64,000 nucleotides of DNA from Amoebidium appalachense. Taxonomy: Eukaryota > Protista > Ichthyosporea. The notes beneath the pieces were generated by a model, which saw nothing but the letters and a program-made list of their open reading frames with translations, had not been told where the DNA came from and made no database searches. The stretch spans positions 10,596,328 to 10,660,327 of the forward strand of contig CAVNZM010000002.1 of the NCBI GenBank assembly GCA_963693365.1. Direction: 5' to 3'. This document shows, in pieces, positions 49,806-63,278 of the stretch (the first letter of the stretch is position 1; the number at the start of each line of letters is the position of its first letter). The translations under genes were made by a program, and so were the position numbers.

Positions 49806-51648
49806 TGGGTGGGGCGGGGACAACCATATACATGGGTTAGGGAGGCGCAGTCCGGGGGAGGAACCCTTGGGTGTTCTTCCACGAGGGATTATGAGTGAAT
49901 TTGTGATTTCATAAAGCCATTCTAACCCCATCCTACATCAACCCAAATAAAAGAAAATCCGTGTACCAAAGGAATAAGGGTTCCCGTCTTTGAAATTAAG
50001 GGTTACATACATCACGATTGGTCCCAGGAACGATGTAGTTGGGCAACACGGCACGGATACCCTTGTTGATAGTGGACTTGACAGCAGTCAGGCCATTGCG
50101 GATTCTGCTGACCCGCTTCTTCTCTTCGGTCTTTTTAGAGGCATTGGACAAGGCCTGCACCCAGTTGTTGATGCCCTGACGGTCGAGGCTGGCGTACGCA
50201 GCACGGTTCACCCTCATCAGGGCGCCTATGAAACCCCTCGCCACAGGCTCGTTGTTCGGAGACTCGTTAACAAAGGGGACGTGAAGGGTGAGCATTTGAA
50301 GCACGGCGCTGCTCTTGGGGCACCCAGACAGGTCCATCTGCATTGTGTGTAAAGAGGGCACGTGAGGAGGTTGGATGAGCATGAACTATGAAATCTAAGT
50401 GACTGACAAACAAGGCTATACCTCAAAAACACCAATAAACAGGATGTGCAGGTATGCCTTTTATGGTGGGGGGGGGGGGGTTAGCAAGTTGCGCAAATGG
50501 GAATGCCCAATGCACACACGTGTTCCCCCCCCCCCCCCCCCCCCCCCCCCCTCCCCGCGCGGGAAACATACACACACACACATCCTCCCAAATTCCTTCT
50601 ATCATAAACACTCGCGCATAGGGGGCGCTCCAAGTCAAGCACAAAAGAGATGGTTAACCAGCGAATCCCGTTCCCTGCACACAGATCTCAACACTCCACG
50701 CAAAGGCATATATAAAAGGCATACTATACGCTAAATGCTAATAATGCTAATATGCTAACTTAAAGTAATAACAAGCTGTAAGGAAAAATCCATTCAAGCT
50801 ACGTACCAGTTTCTTATATGTCTCTTTGGCTGTGAGCTTCTTCGGCTCATATTCCGGTTGGTCGTTGGCCGAATCGTCGGAATACTCGTGCTCCGACTCA
50901 GACTTGCTGGGCTTGGGCATGGTGCGGTCACCACCCTTGCAATGATTGCGGCTCGTTGATAAAGACACCAGTGCGCCAAGGGCCGCACGCATCTCGTCCT
51001 TTGGGATACTCTTTAGAGTAGCCAGACGCTGGCGCTCAGGGAGGAACTGGAACCTGTGGGTGTGTGTGAATTCAATGTGTGTGTGTGCGTGCGTGTGCAT
51101 GTGTAACTGTGAATGTGAATGCGCGTGTGCATGTAAACGTGCATGTGTGAGTGTGTGTGTGTGTGAATGCATTTGAGTATGGAGAGTCAGAAGCCAGTTA
51201 GGTACACGTGACATGGTTTTAGAAGTCGTATGACACTTAACATGCACGTCGAATCGACGGGAACTAAATAATAAGCAAACCGTATGATATCAAACTAATA
51301 CCAGAGGTATATGACGGACAATATATGTATCGTGTATATCATATCATATTCAAACTGATATTCAAACTATATCGGTATGTAACGGAGATTATACAACAGG
51401 GGTATATAAAGACGTTAATGGTATAATAAATAGACACTAGTCACGTTCCAAAACCATGTATGGCATAATAATACAATGCTAGAAGAACAATACAAACATC
51501 ATAATATGGTGATCCATAATGCTCGGTTAAACGACATGATTAAATAGTCGTCAAACTCTGTAACAAAGGAGAGAATTACAAACACAGACAGCACTTTCAC
51601 AGTGACGGGTGTGTGCAGGTGTGTGTATGTTTGTTGGGGGGAGGGGGG

Positions 51649-54182
51649 TGTCGTACCACGTCCTAACGTGTATACGAACTACTCTAACTAACTTCACGCT
51701 TAAAGGGGCTTGAAACTGTGTATACGTATAAACTTTTCTTTGAGTTGGGTGGGAAGCGAGCAAAACGTGTTCTCAGAAGAACTTCGAAAAGCCCGCGACC
51801 CCGCGAGACACTTCACAGACACGCGGCCCACTGGCCAGACAAATACCACAGTGACATTCAGCCAATCACAACACTCCCTCCCCCACAGGCTACACGCACT
51901 CCACACCATTGGCTACCGCCACCTCAGACACCCCTACAGCACTACAACACGTACACAACTTTACTCACAATACATATAAGCATACACACACGCGAGCAGG
52001 CAACATGGGTCTCGCCAAGCACACAGCAAGAAGCAATACAACATATAACATGAAGAGTATGCAGAGGCATGGAGCATGCACGCGCGCGCCAAACAATCAT
52101 CCGCCGCTGCATCAGATTCTCCCCATACCACTGAATGATCTCCCCATACTCCACTTAGACCCGGGAATCACTATGCAAGAAAACCCCCGAAATTCACTCA
52201 CCAAAACACAAAATATAGAAGCAAACTAATACGAATCAGCTCAGCACATGACAACTCCCCCCTCGCACAGAAAATAACTGAGTTCCATCCCAGTAAAAAC
52301 TACCTAAAAACAAAATAAGGTTATGTGCTGAGCGACTACAACTACCGCTACCCATGCAGGAAGCAACATTTAATATATAACATATGAAACATATACATGC
52401 ACCCACGCACCACCCCACCATGGTTAGTACCCAACCCAACCCCAAAACAAGGATATGAACCGCCACCGACGTTGCCCTGTAGATGCACCTCTGCCCCCGT
52501 CCACAACCTGCACCCAAAACCCCATGCCCCTGGCACAATGTTATATCGAGTGGAACATAGCAACAGACATGATAACAGTCACCATCCATACAACCACACT
52601 CAGCATGCCCCATCCACAAAGAATTCCTAGCAAAACCTAACATGCCGTGACGACCACCTCCAGGCTCATGTGACGTAAGCTTCCAGACTCTCTTGCTGGC
52701 CATTCCTCTACCCGACAAAGACTCCTACTACGTAGGTCCCAGTGGTTTGGGAACGCCTCCGCCCCAACCGTGCCCTACCCAGCGGTGTGTCGAAGGCCTA
52801 CTGCTGCACTGGGCACAACAACACTACTCAACAACACTACGGGCAGCCACTCCAAAGGGCCTCAACACCAGGCCCAGGGTGACAGCCACTCGAAGGGGCC
52901 TCAGCACCAGGCCCTTTGACGACGGGGGTTCACAACGGTGGGGGCCTGCCACTGCCATGACTACACCTCGACCCCCCCAGCCCCCTCGTCAGAGGGCCGA
53001 GCTCCAGACAGCAGCAGGACTTTCTATTCCACTGACCCTAACCACACACGTCGCCAACACAGGACTCATACACACGTCGAAAACGCCAGGCACCAGTAGA
53101 AAACTCGCCGAAAAATAACACCACACAACTCCCATACAACAACAACAACCCAAGAGACGGCCTACCCCCTAATAAAACCTTCATACCTGCATCACTCCAG
53201 CATTGAGGAGCCCACCGTGTTCATGATGAGTGTGGCCATCCTTCGAGGGGTTTGGACGTCCTTCCCCTCAGTGGCCTCTGCTGGGCAAATGGCCCTGAGC
53301 TTGCTAAGCCACCTAGGGAGGTCAAGGTCGTGAGCGAGGACTAAGTCCCCTGTGATACTAGTCCTACTGCTCATGTTGCCTATGCCAACTGTTGCTAGCT
53401 GTAGCTCTGTGTGTGCGTATTTTTCTTCTACCTCTAACCGTCGAAAAAGTCTTAAGTCAAAACCACTCATAACCGCTAGTCGTGAAAAAAAAACTAGGGG
53501 TGAAAGCAACAGCCCAGAAGGACTAACAGTGCGTGTGCCCCCTCCCTGCAAAAAACTGCAGAGAAAGGGGGTGTAGCTTGTCGTACCACGTCCTAGCGTG
53601 TATACGAACTACTTTAACTAACTGCACGCTTAAAGGGGCTTGAAACTGTGTATACGTATAAATTTTTCTTTGAGTTGGGTGGGAAGCGAGCAAAACGTGT
53701 TCTCAGAAGAACTTTGAAAAGCCCGCGACCCCGCGAGACACTTCACAGACACGCGGCCCACTGGCCATACACATACCACAGTGACATTCAGCCAATCACA
53801 ACACTCCCTCCCCCACAGGCTACACGCACTCCACACCATTGGCTACCGCCACCTCAGACACCCCTACAGCACTACAACACGTACACACCTTTACTCACAA
53901 TACATATAAGCATACACACACGCGAGCAGGCAACATGGGTCTCGCCAAGCACACAGCAAGAAGCAATACAACATATAACATGAAGAGTACGCAGAGGCAT
54001 GGAGCATGCACGCGCGCACCAAACAATCATCTGCCGCTGCATCAGATTCTCCCCACACCACTGAATGATCTCCCCATACTCCACTTAGACCCCGGAATCA
54101 CTATGCAAGAAAACCCCCGAAATTCACTCACCAAAACACAAAATATAGAAGCAAACTAATACCAATCAGCTCAGCACATGAA
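51649..54182 (-). mobile_element. F2 copy 2 with internally deleted gag, inserted in a JmjC-gene intron
   Basis: LTRs at 51649-52253 and 53579-54182, flanked by GGGGG on both sides. Only the 5' part of gag remains (53470-53194). Confidence 0.92.
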
Positions 54183-57022
54183 GGGGGGGGGGGGGCAGAC
54201 ATGCAGCCAGGAACAGGAGTTTTAAGAAACATACCTGTCGGCGTGGATAACCTTGTAGTAGGCCCTCACCAGAGGGTCGTCGAGCAGGTCAGGCTCCTGT
54301 GCTTTATCATTCGAGGCATCGCCGTCCTTGCTGGTTGGCTTAGGAAGCTTGGGGGTCTCGTCTTGTTCCATGCGGCAGTCTTCGTCGTTGTTGTTGTCCC
54401 CCTCCGAGGAGCTGCTGCTGCGCTCAGAATCAGCGCGTTCTGTGAAGGAACGTGGGGGTAAGTAACAACACAGACATGAAAACCTATAACAAAGACACCT
54501 ATTTCAGTCTTTCATACATAAACATGCACATGCAGGGTGCACGGGGGGAAACTGCTGGAATGCAAATGTTTATTTGTGATGCTTTCTTTCGAATTCTGCT
54601 CTCTATTCTGATGTGCGGTGGGGAAACATGGGGTTCACGGTGTGTGTTTGTCGTGAACGAACTTCGGAGAGTGGATGTTTTATTTAGGGTGTTTTGTTCT
54701 GGGGGGTGGGGTGGGGGGGGGGGGGGGGGGGAGGTTAAGCACCAACAGAAACAGGCAAGTTGTGCTGTTTCACAGACTCGAACGCGTGTACGATCTTTGC
54801 AACACTTGGCATGAAGTGTTGGTTGTAGCGACAAGCTTGGTATAGCGCAAACTTTTCTACCCACTGCTTCGTTGCAGTATTCACCGCATAAGCCATGTTT
54901 GGCCCGACCTGAAAACCGTAGTGAAGTGCGAGAGGTGTTGTTTGAACCAAATCACCTGGGCCCTGAACGATGACGTCGGGTACTAACCCCTTGGAGATGA
55001 GAAACGACAGAGAACTGGGCTGAAAGCACTTATGCTGCAAAGGGTTCTCGCAAGCCTAACCAGGGATGCCCTCGCGAGCCAATTTCAGAATGTGTGGGTA
55101 CTGCCATGGAGGATAAACAAACCAGACTTTGTATCCGCAAACTAAGAGGTTTGCTGCGGCAAGGGACGCGTCCTCTACGTAAACACAAAAGCACGTAAAC
55201 CTACCCTTAGAAACGTGTGCGTATGCTAAAACGAGATTCAGCCCTGACATCTTCTCCCTATAATGATCCACCCCCAGGGGTGTGTGATTGCTGAAATCTG
55301 TGAGATTGTAGAAACGAGGGTCTGTGATGTTTTCAGCATCGAAGTCTATGTTCGAGACGTACAAACCCCCGCCCGTTGCCTGCAATGCGCTCGTCGTATA
55401 GTGCAATTATTTCATCCTTTTCCAGTCCCAACAGCCATGAACTATCTTCCTCGTGTCCATCACATGATGCCATGGAACAACGTGTTTTGGTGCGTTTGAG
55501 TTCACACCATGTGTCTGAAACCGGAACAATAGAGTGCTTCACTACAATGCTCGCAGCCTCTCGTAGTGACAAAAACTGTCTTGCATCTTTAAAAGAGATG
55601 GGAGACGAAAACGACCGTGTCACAACAACACCAAGTCCCTTTGCCTCAGCCTTGTGCAGCGCAGCAAATGCTTGTAAAGTTTTAGGAAAAGCCATCGTTA
55701 CCACAGACCCTAAGGGTCAGACGACAGGTGGGAGGAAAAGATGATGTCTACAAACACAGAGATGTGTGCACTACAACAACAACGTAAAGGTGAATTGGTA
55801 AGAGCTTCTTATACGGGAGGAAGCTTCTTATACGGGAGGAGTGCAGCAAGCATTCACACAAACAATCAATAACACAAACATCACCCACCTATCTTCTTCG
55901 GCCGGTAGGCAGCTGGGTTGAGGTCGAGCGCCTGCATATTGGCTTGGGCATCTTTCTCTGCTCTGCTCGGCACCTTGCCCTGCCCCTTTGGATTCTTCAG
56001 CCCAGTCTCACGAGCAGCGGGCACATCTCCTTTACCACCCACGCCTTCCTTTCCCTTGTTTGAACTAGCCTGCAACTGCCCATTGCTACAGCGGTTGCCA
56101 GTCTTTGCGGGACTTTTCTTTTTCCCGCTCTTGTGTTTAGGGTTCTTATTGGGCATTCTTGCAGGGGCAACCACAACGCGGACAACAAGTGCTTTAGGAT
56201 GCTATACGGAGACGTTGTGATGTACACAGGAGCATCACGTGAGCATCCGGAAACCGGCTAGGTTCCGCCCATCACTCATTCCGATCTGTAAAACTTTTTC
56301 ATCGGTTTCCGATGACCAATCATTGCAGTGACGATCTTGTGTGCAACTGTGAATCCAATCTGAACTTCGCGTATGACTAACAACCAATCCGAAAGTGGTT
56401 GATCACGTCAGGTTTGTTGCGGATGCTTTTATTAGCTTACAAGCGAGGGTGAGGAGACAGTACGAAGAGAGGGGGACATATTTTTTAAATTATAAAACAT
56501 AAAACAAATACTACCATATAGCATCACCTTTACTTCAAGTATCAATGCCACAATTGAAATCAGTTTATACAAGCCACCTGCCATTCCTGGGTCGCCGCGA
56601 CAAGCACCTGATTCATGGCCCATGATAAGCCGGCCATGTGTTTATCATGGCGCACTGGTAAATGAATGTGGCTATTATGTGTAAATATATAAACGGAAAT
56701 ACATTAAAAAAAAGTGTGTAATATATTATTATAATATATTATTTTTTTCTTATTTCGCACGTTGTACTTTCTATGATCTCTGCTATCTGCAAGATCATGT
56801 GAATGAAGGTGTGCTGTTTGCGCAAAGATCTCTGCGGCCACCCCAGATCATCCAAAATAATCTGGGATAATCATGTGATCATCGGGTATATGCAGACTTG
56901 TTCACGTGCATGCAGGTTTTTTTTTTTTTTTTTTTTTTCCCTCCTTCTTGAATACAGCATAACACTCCTCGAAAATGATGATTCTCTATCCAGAGTGTGG
57001 TCAATATTTTCTACAGCGGCCC

Positions 57023-58600
57023 ATGGAATCCCACCGCACCTATGCACACAATGTTACACCTGACGCCACGCTTTTAGAACGGAATAATGACCAACGCCGT
57101 ACACGGAGTATCGCCCGCACACAGACGGAGCAAGGTGGTGGAAGTGACCAGGAGCAAGAACCGGCGGACGAAGAAGCGGTCGAGAATGATGACGACGATG
57201 AGGAGGATGGTATTGACTGGGAAGAAGTGAGTGATTCTGAAAACGAACACACACATGACGATGAAGACCCAATTCAAGTTGCAGCAGAAAACACACACCA
57301 CCTGGAGTTCATTGGGGACGGGGCTGCATATGAGGAAATAAGGTTAAAAGTGCAAGCACACCACGCAAACCAGGTGGCGTTCCAGGATGGTCTGGACTCG
57401 GTTTTATCGGCAATCAACGTCCCAGATGGTCAGAAGGCGTATATTAAAGGCGTCAGTCAATTCATGGACGCCCTAAGAGCGGATGCAAACTACCCGTTTG
57501 CAAACATGGCTGAGGTATATATCCCATTACACTCTCAGTATTATGCTCCGACCAGACGCAACTCACCCAGTTTGCTGGGAAGAAGGCGTACCCGATATAT
57601 GTCAGTATCGGCAACATCAACAGTGATGTCAGGCCGAAAGACTGGGCCAGGTACGTGTGGACTATGGACTAAGAATACGGCAGGATGTGTGTATGCGTGT
57701 CACCCTCCCCTTGCACCCACTACTGGTGCATCAGGCTTTTGCTATGTGTGTGTGTGACAGTGCATGTGCCAATTTACACGTGGCCGTTCGTGCGTGTTGT
57801 TTAAGTGCTCATACCCAATGCACCCCTACAGACTGCCAGTGGCGTACATACCAGAGCTTGAATTCTCGTCGAAGATATCGCAAGCGGCACAGACACATGC
57901 ACGGCTGGCCTTGTTCCACCATGCACTGGACCACGTGGTTGGCGAGCCACTGCGAGATATGAATGTAGAGGGTCGGCGGTTTTTCTGTGGCAGCGACAAG
58001 CACTGGAGGAAGTTCTACCCACTCGTGGCATACTACATGACGGACTGGCCAGAGGGGCGCAAGGTGACGTGTACAAGGTGTGTATTTTTGTATTGGAAAG
58101 CCCGATAGCACCGCTATTACATGTACAAAGACACTCTCATGCTTATATTCATATAATCATTGTATGGTATGCATATTACATTTTAATACGTGGCTTATAT
58201 AGGAGGGGATTGGAATAATATGTGATGAATACGGTTAATGATATGTTGTGTATACTTGGAGTGGCAATCAGATGCCTCTCATATAATCACTGACACTCAC
58301 GCAAATGGCAGGTCCGGGGTGACCACGGCATATCCTTGCCACAAGTGCCTAGCTACGTGCGACAAAATGCACATGGTTTGGGAAAACCATCACGCAAACC
58401 ACGAGGCGCAAGTGGCAACCCTAAGAAACAAGGTCGCTGAATTGCGGTAAGGCTCCCCGGCCGACAAAGCAACCGCCACACAGTTGCTGATAATGAGCTC
58501 GCTGTCAGATTTCGATGACAACGCGTGCGTAGGTTTCCCCGGCTTCATGTGGATATGGGGTGTGCCCATTGAGCGTATGCATCAGGCTGACAATATAAAC
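57023..58600 (+). pseudogene. Plavaka-type transposase, internally deleted and truncated
   Basis: Exon translations SDQTQLTQFAGKKAYPIYVSIGNI, PVAYIP..ARLALFHHALDHVVGEPL..WRKFYPLVAYYMTDWPEGRKVTC, YPCHKC and PIERMHQ match the Plavaka motif series as I recall it. Confidence 0.8.
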
Positions 58601-59475
58601 AACCCCCTTCCCCTCCATTCCCCGTCCTTCCCCCCATCTACTCCTCCATCCCTCTTTCTCTCCTCTTCTCTCCCCTTCTCCCCTTTCCCCCTCCCCCCCC
58701 CCTCCCCCCCCCCCCACCCCCCCCTACCCATACCCAACCCAACAAACCGGGGTGACCACATCTGCATAACACACACACACAAACACGTATACAAACACCC
58801 ACACAATCACATACAACATGCACACACAAACACCTACACACACTTATACACGCAGACACCCGTATATCGGAAATAGATCAATCTCTAGACCATAGATAGA
58901 TATGTGGGAAAGGATATGTACGTATATCAAAATTCTAACTTCTTATGCCAACGTCGTCTTTACGGCAGCCCCAGCAAGGGGATACATGAGCCGGTGCCTG
59001 TGGATCAATCTCACAAGCAGGCACAGGTGTGCTCCACAGGAGCAATGAAAAGAATGACAAATGTCATACAGAAACATGCTCAAAAAACGTAGCCTACTGC
59101 CTAAATAGGCAAAGGGTGTGGTGGGTGGGCAAAAACTTAGCTAAAAAATTGGGCCTAAAGAGACCTAAACGCGCTCAGTAGCGCCGCAACTGACCTCCGT
59201 GGGGCCGCGCAAGCTCATTATATAGCGTGGCCCACATTTTTGCCTGTGGAAATATGAAGAAATGACTTAGAACCTATCAAATCCATGAAATCTACCAAAA
59301 TGGAATTTTTGCTGCACATCAACCAATAAATTTTTTTCACAAGTGGCTAAAACCCCTAGATCACAAAGACCAAATCAATTGCCGCCCATTTCGGACTAGA
59401 TATAACTCAAACTCATCAATATATCCATATGGCATATCCCACAGAACATAAAAACAGCTACAGCTCCCTAAATAA

Positions 59476-59645
59476 CACAGCGCTGACGCTGGCCACGCGA
59501 TGGATCAATGGCATAACACTCCTCAAAATACTCCACCAGGAGGTCGTCCAGTTCGGCGGGGGACTTGGTGTCGGTGCCAGGGGGCAACCAATCCAGGAAC
59601 TCAACAACAGCATCCCGGTAGGCCTTGAGGGTTGGAATATGGCCT
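59476..59645 (-). pseudogene. N-terminal fragment of the tyrosine recombinase
   Basis: Frame reads STLKAYRDAVVEFLDW..ELDDLLVEYFEECY, like the core-binding domain of DIRS YRs. No catalytic domain follows. Confidence 0.6.
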
Positions 59646-59647
59646 GG

Positions 59648-61700
59648 TCAGCCAGAAAACCGCGAGGGACCATCTGCAGGATTGTGGGCTGACGGCAGCC
59701 ACACACAATACAAACGAATGTCGAGGGCAAGCGTGTAGGCAGCCACCTGGCGGCATATACGGTTAAGGCGTGGGGATGCTGAACGACCCTTAGCAACAGC
59801 CCCAAGCAGCGCCGTCGAATCAAGGCCCCAAAGTAGCGGGAGCTCCGGGCAGCCGTAGACCGACCTAATCGACGAAGTCCCAGGAGCAAGGCTTCTCCCT
59901 CCAGATTGTTGATGTGGTCGGAGTGGCGCCAACGATGACTGATGTTGGTGGTCCACCGGCCACCAACAGCTGCCAGGATAAGGGTCGGGGGGCGGACGGG
60001 CTTGGCTCGTGCACAGGACCAGACAGCTGGCTGTAGTGGCCACGCCTGTTGCAGTGAGGCAGCACTTGGCGGAGAAGCGCTGCTGGAAGCACCCGGGACA
60101 CCACTGCACCACCCAACAAGGAAGCATCAGTGCAGAACATGGTGCTAGCAAACCCGGAACGCAAATCACAACGCATCAACGGGGCCAAAGCACACATCGC
60201 CTGAAGCTCCCACACCACGGGCGGTGGAAGGGGCTGTTCCCGACCCCCCAGCTGCTCCACAAAACTGTAGACGGCACTCAGAACCAACAAAAGCGGCCGC
60301 TGCAGCAGTGCCGCCCACACCCAACCACCAAGCAACTGCTGCAAACGGAGCTGTGTGACGACACCACGACGCAACACGGCCTGGGTTTCCGCCACCAGAC
60401 GGCACAAGGAAGCACCAGACGGGCGCAATATCCCAGAGCGATGCATTTCAAGGCCTAGCAGCACCATAGAGGACGATGAACCAGCAGCCACATCCTTCTT
60501 GACGTTGGAGGGAAGACCAGCCGGGCCAGTGACGCCATGATACGAGTCACGCTGACGATTGATGGCGGTGGCATCCGTGCCGACCCAGCCACAGTCGTCC
60601 ACATACAGGGCATGCTGCGTGGCCCCCACAGGCCGCGGCACTATCGCACAGAGGCGCTCAATGCGGGGCATGCCGGCTCGGTCAGCCAACTGCCCATGGA
60701 CGTCTTGAGCCACAAGCACAGAATGCACCCAGCCCATGGGCACGGTCTTGAGGGCTGGGTACATAAGCCGGTCGGGCCCAGAAATGCCAACAGCCTTCGA
60801 AGACACAGGCGGCAATCTGAAGTACCGCCACAGCCACTCGGGGGCAAGAAGACGATGGAACTGGTTGTCCATGTCCGAATTGCCAAAATAGAGGCAATCC
60901 TCAGGTTCAAGCAACAGATAGGCAAAATCGGCAGGGTTGGGCAGGTGCACCTTGAGAGCAGGATGATCACGGGCAAAGAGCAGGTTGCCACGGCGGCCGT
61001 CAAAAATGACGCGGGCTCTGGTGTCTTTGGGGACCCCAAACAGCCCATTGATGGCCAGTGGGTTTTCCTTAGCCTCGAAATAGTGCACCATGCCGCAGTC
61101 TTGAAGCCGAAGAATCAGGGGACCGTATTCCCCACTGGGAACGTGATGCGCCGGTCGGATGCGGCGCAGCTCTGCATGCGTCGGCGGAACAGGCTTGAGA
61201 AGGCCGCCGTCGCAGTGGGCCAAAAACGGCTGCAGTGTAGGAGACAAAAACTGCAACACGTCCACTGTGGCTCCAACCCCAGGGGGTGGGAAAGCGGCAT
61301 TTGCCGCCGTGAGAGGTAGCCATCCTGTCAATACAGGGTAGGCCGGGGGGAACGCAGCCAAAACACTACTTGCAGGCTGAGCGTCGTAGACATCCGCGCG
61401 TATAGCATCGTAGCTGGCCCTGAGGACAAAGGTCCACAGGGCATGGTGGTGACTGTTCACCAACCGGGTCGGGAATGGCCAAGGGCCGCCTGCCCACAAC
61501 TCGTTGAGGGCACCAAGACAACGGTTAGCCAAGGTTACCCCATTCAGGCGGTGAGACAGACGTTGCCGACGGCGTTGACTCCGTAAACGGCCTTGCCCAG
61601 AACGGTCCGGCACAGGAATGGCCGGAACAGGAAACAAATCAGAGGCGGCAAAGACATGACGTGGCATAGCTGTGGAATCCTTAGAAAAATTAGGGGGCAT
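59648..61700 (-). CDS. DIRS-type reverse transcriptase-RNase H (frameshifts in RNase H)
   Basis: LFGVPKD..RVIFDGRRGN, SDMDNQF, PMGWVHS, YVDD, TDAS, DSTALLGAVAKGRS, PSAHNPADGPSR. Confidence 0.92.
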
Positions 61701-61776
61701 ATTTAATCAAGGCACGTGGCAGGAAACCACAAGAAAATAATATACAGAACCGCGTGCCGAACCCCCAAAGGGCCGT

Positions 61777-62831
61777 TTAGGCCCTGTGGCCACCGGCCCC
61801 CGGATAGGTCGATGGACCGGCGCCGGATGGGCCGCTGCCGTGACCGCGCCGAGCCCGGGTGACTTCGGCGAGGGTCTTGGCTTGACGAACAGCCCGGGTG
61901 GCCAAGGCAGGAGTCAGGGGCAGGCTGCGCGCAGGGAGCTCCTCAAACTGCTCTGCAACAGCCCAGTCCCAGTTGGACTGATCAGCAGTCTGGACAGCCA
62001 ACAGACGGCGCACACCAACTTCCACAGCAGGTGACTCCTTGCGGGCCTTAGGGTCGGCGGCCAGCAGCAGATCCAGCATACGGGCAAGCGTCAGAGCCTC
62101 CCGTTTGTTGCGGTAGCTGACCCAATCCGCCGCGTGGACAGCCGCAGTGACCGAGGCCTGGTCAGCCAAGGTTCTCTTGAGGTAGGAAGGGACCAGACGT
62201 TCTTTGACGCGCAGGTTGACTTTGTCGCCGCTGGAGAGCAGATAACGGCTGGGGTTGGGTTTGGAACGGCCAGAGGAACGACGGCTGCGAGATGAACGAC
62301 CGTAGCCACTGCTGCTGGAAGAAGAATCCTCACTCGACGATGTGGTGTCTTCACTACCCGTGTCGTACGCATAGACAGGCTCCTTGCCCTGTGCCCGCGC
62401 AGACAGCGTGCTCAGCAGGCCGCCGGCAGAGGGCTTCTTGGGGCGACCAGACTGGGCAACAGAGAGGGCTTGCACTTGGGCAGAAAGCGCCTGCAGCTGC
62501 TCTTGGACGTCTACACCGTCAGGACGCCGTTGGGGAGAGGCGACCCAGGTGGGGGGGAGGCACGGCCGCTGCGAGGAGTGCGACAGAGCAAGTGCAGCTG
62601 GTCGGTGACTTTCCAACCGACCATCTCAGGGTCATCAAAAGCCACCGAGCGCGCCTTGAGGGCTGAAACCACACTGTTGACGGTTTCTGCCGGCAGGCTG
62701 TTCCAGGGGAGGGCGTTGGACTGCAAAACAGCCAGACTTTTGAGACTTGTGTCGTCCGCATCGGTAGAGATCTCCAAAAGCTTTTCGAGGAGAGCGGCCC
62801 CCTTGGCGACCAGAGCAGGAGGAGGGGCCAT
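61777..62831 (-). CDS. Gag-like ORF1 of the YR element (one frameshift near 62530)
   Basis: MAPPPALVAKG.. continues in another frame as ..RNKREALTLARMLD..EVGVRRLLAVQTA..WAVAEQFE. Confidence 0.7.
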
Positions 62832-63278
62832 TGCAATGCTCACAAACCAGACTAGAGCACGAAAACTTGAAAACGAAGCCTGGAAAATGCAAAAAACGCG
62901 GGAAAAACGACGCCGCAAAAAACGTCCGAGAACCAGCCTACACGCAATGGCGCGCACGCAAAACTCCTACCAGATGCTGCCGAAGCTAAGCGCGCGCTCC
63001 TGGGCAAAAAACTAGAGAAAAAACGAACAACAGCGCGAAAAACGGGGACTAGAGTTGCAAAAACTTACCTAAAAAAATTGGGCCTAAAGAGACCTAAACG
63101 CGCTCAGTAGCGCCGCAACTGACCTCCCTGGGGCCGCGCAAGCTCATTATTTAGTGCGGCTCACATTTGTGCCTATGGAAATATGAAGAAATGACTTAGA
63201 ACCTATCAAATCCATGAAATCTACCAAAATGGAATTTTTGCTGCACATCAACCAATGAAAACTTTTCACAAGTGGCTA

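Larger units (their letters stand above)
47098..56156 (-). pseudogene. 8-exon KDM4-like JmjN/JmjC gene with a long unknown C-terminal region and acidic/basic tail
   Basis: Phase-compatible exons 56156-55889, 55709-54743, 54439-54235, 51053-50807, 50337-50011, 49700-49449, 48201-48028 and 47529-47098. JmjC motifs YVEDASL, KVWFVYPP, CENPLQHK, QGPGD, HYGFQVGPNMAYAVNTAT. One frameshift near 55368 and a TAG at 55056. Confidence 0.8.
58938..63278 (-). mobile_element. Tyrosine-recombinase retrotransposon with split direct repeats (Ngaro/PAT-like), YR mostly deleted
   Basis: A1 at 63057-63278, then gag, RT-RH and the YR N-terminus, then A2 at 59130-59475 and B at 58938-59129. Confidence 0.82.
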
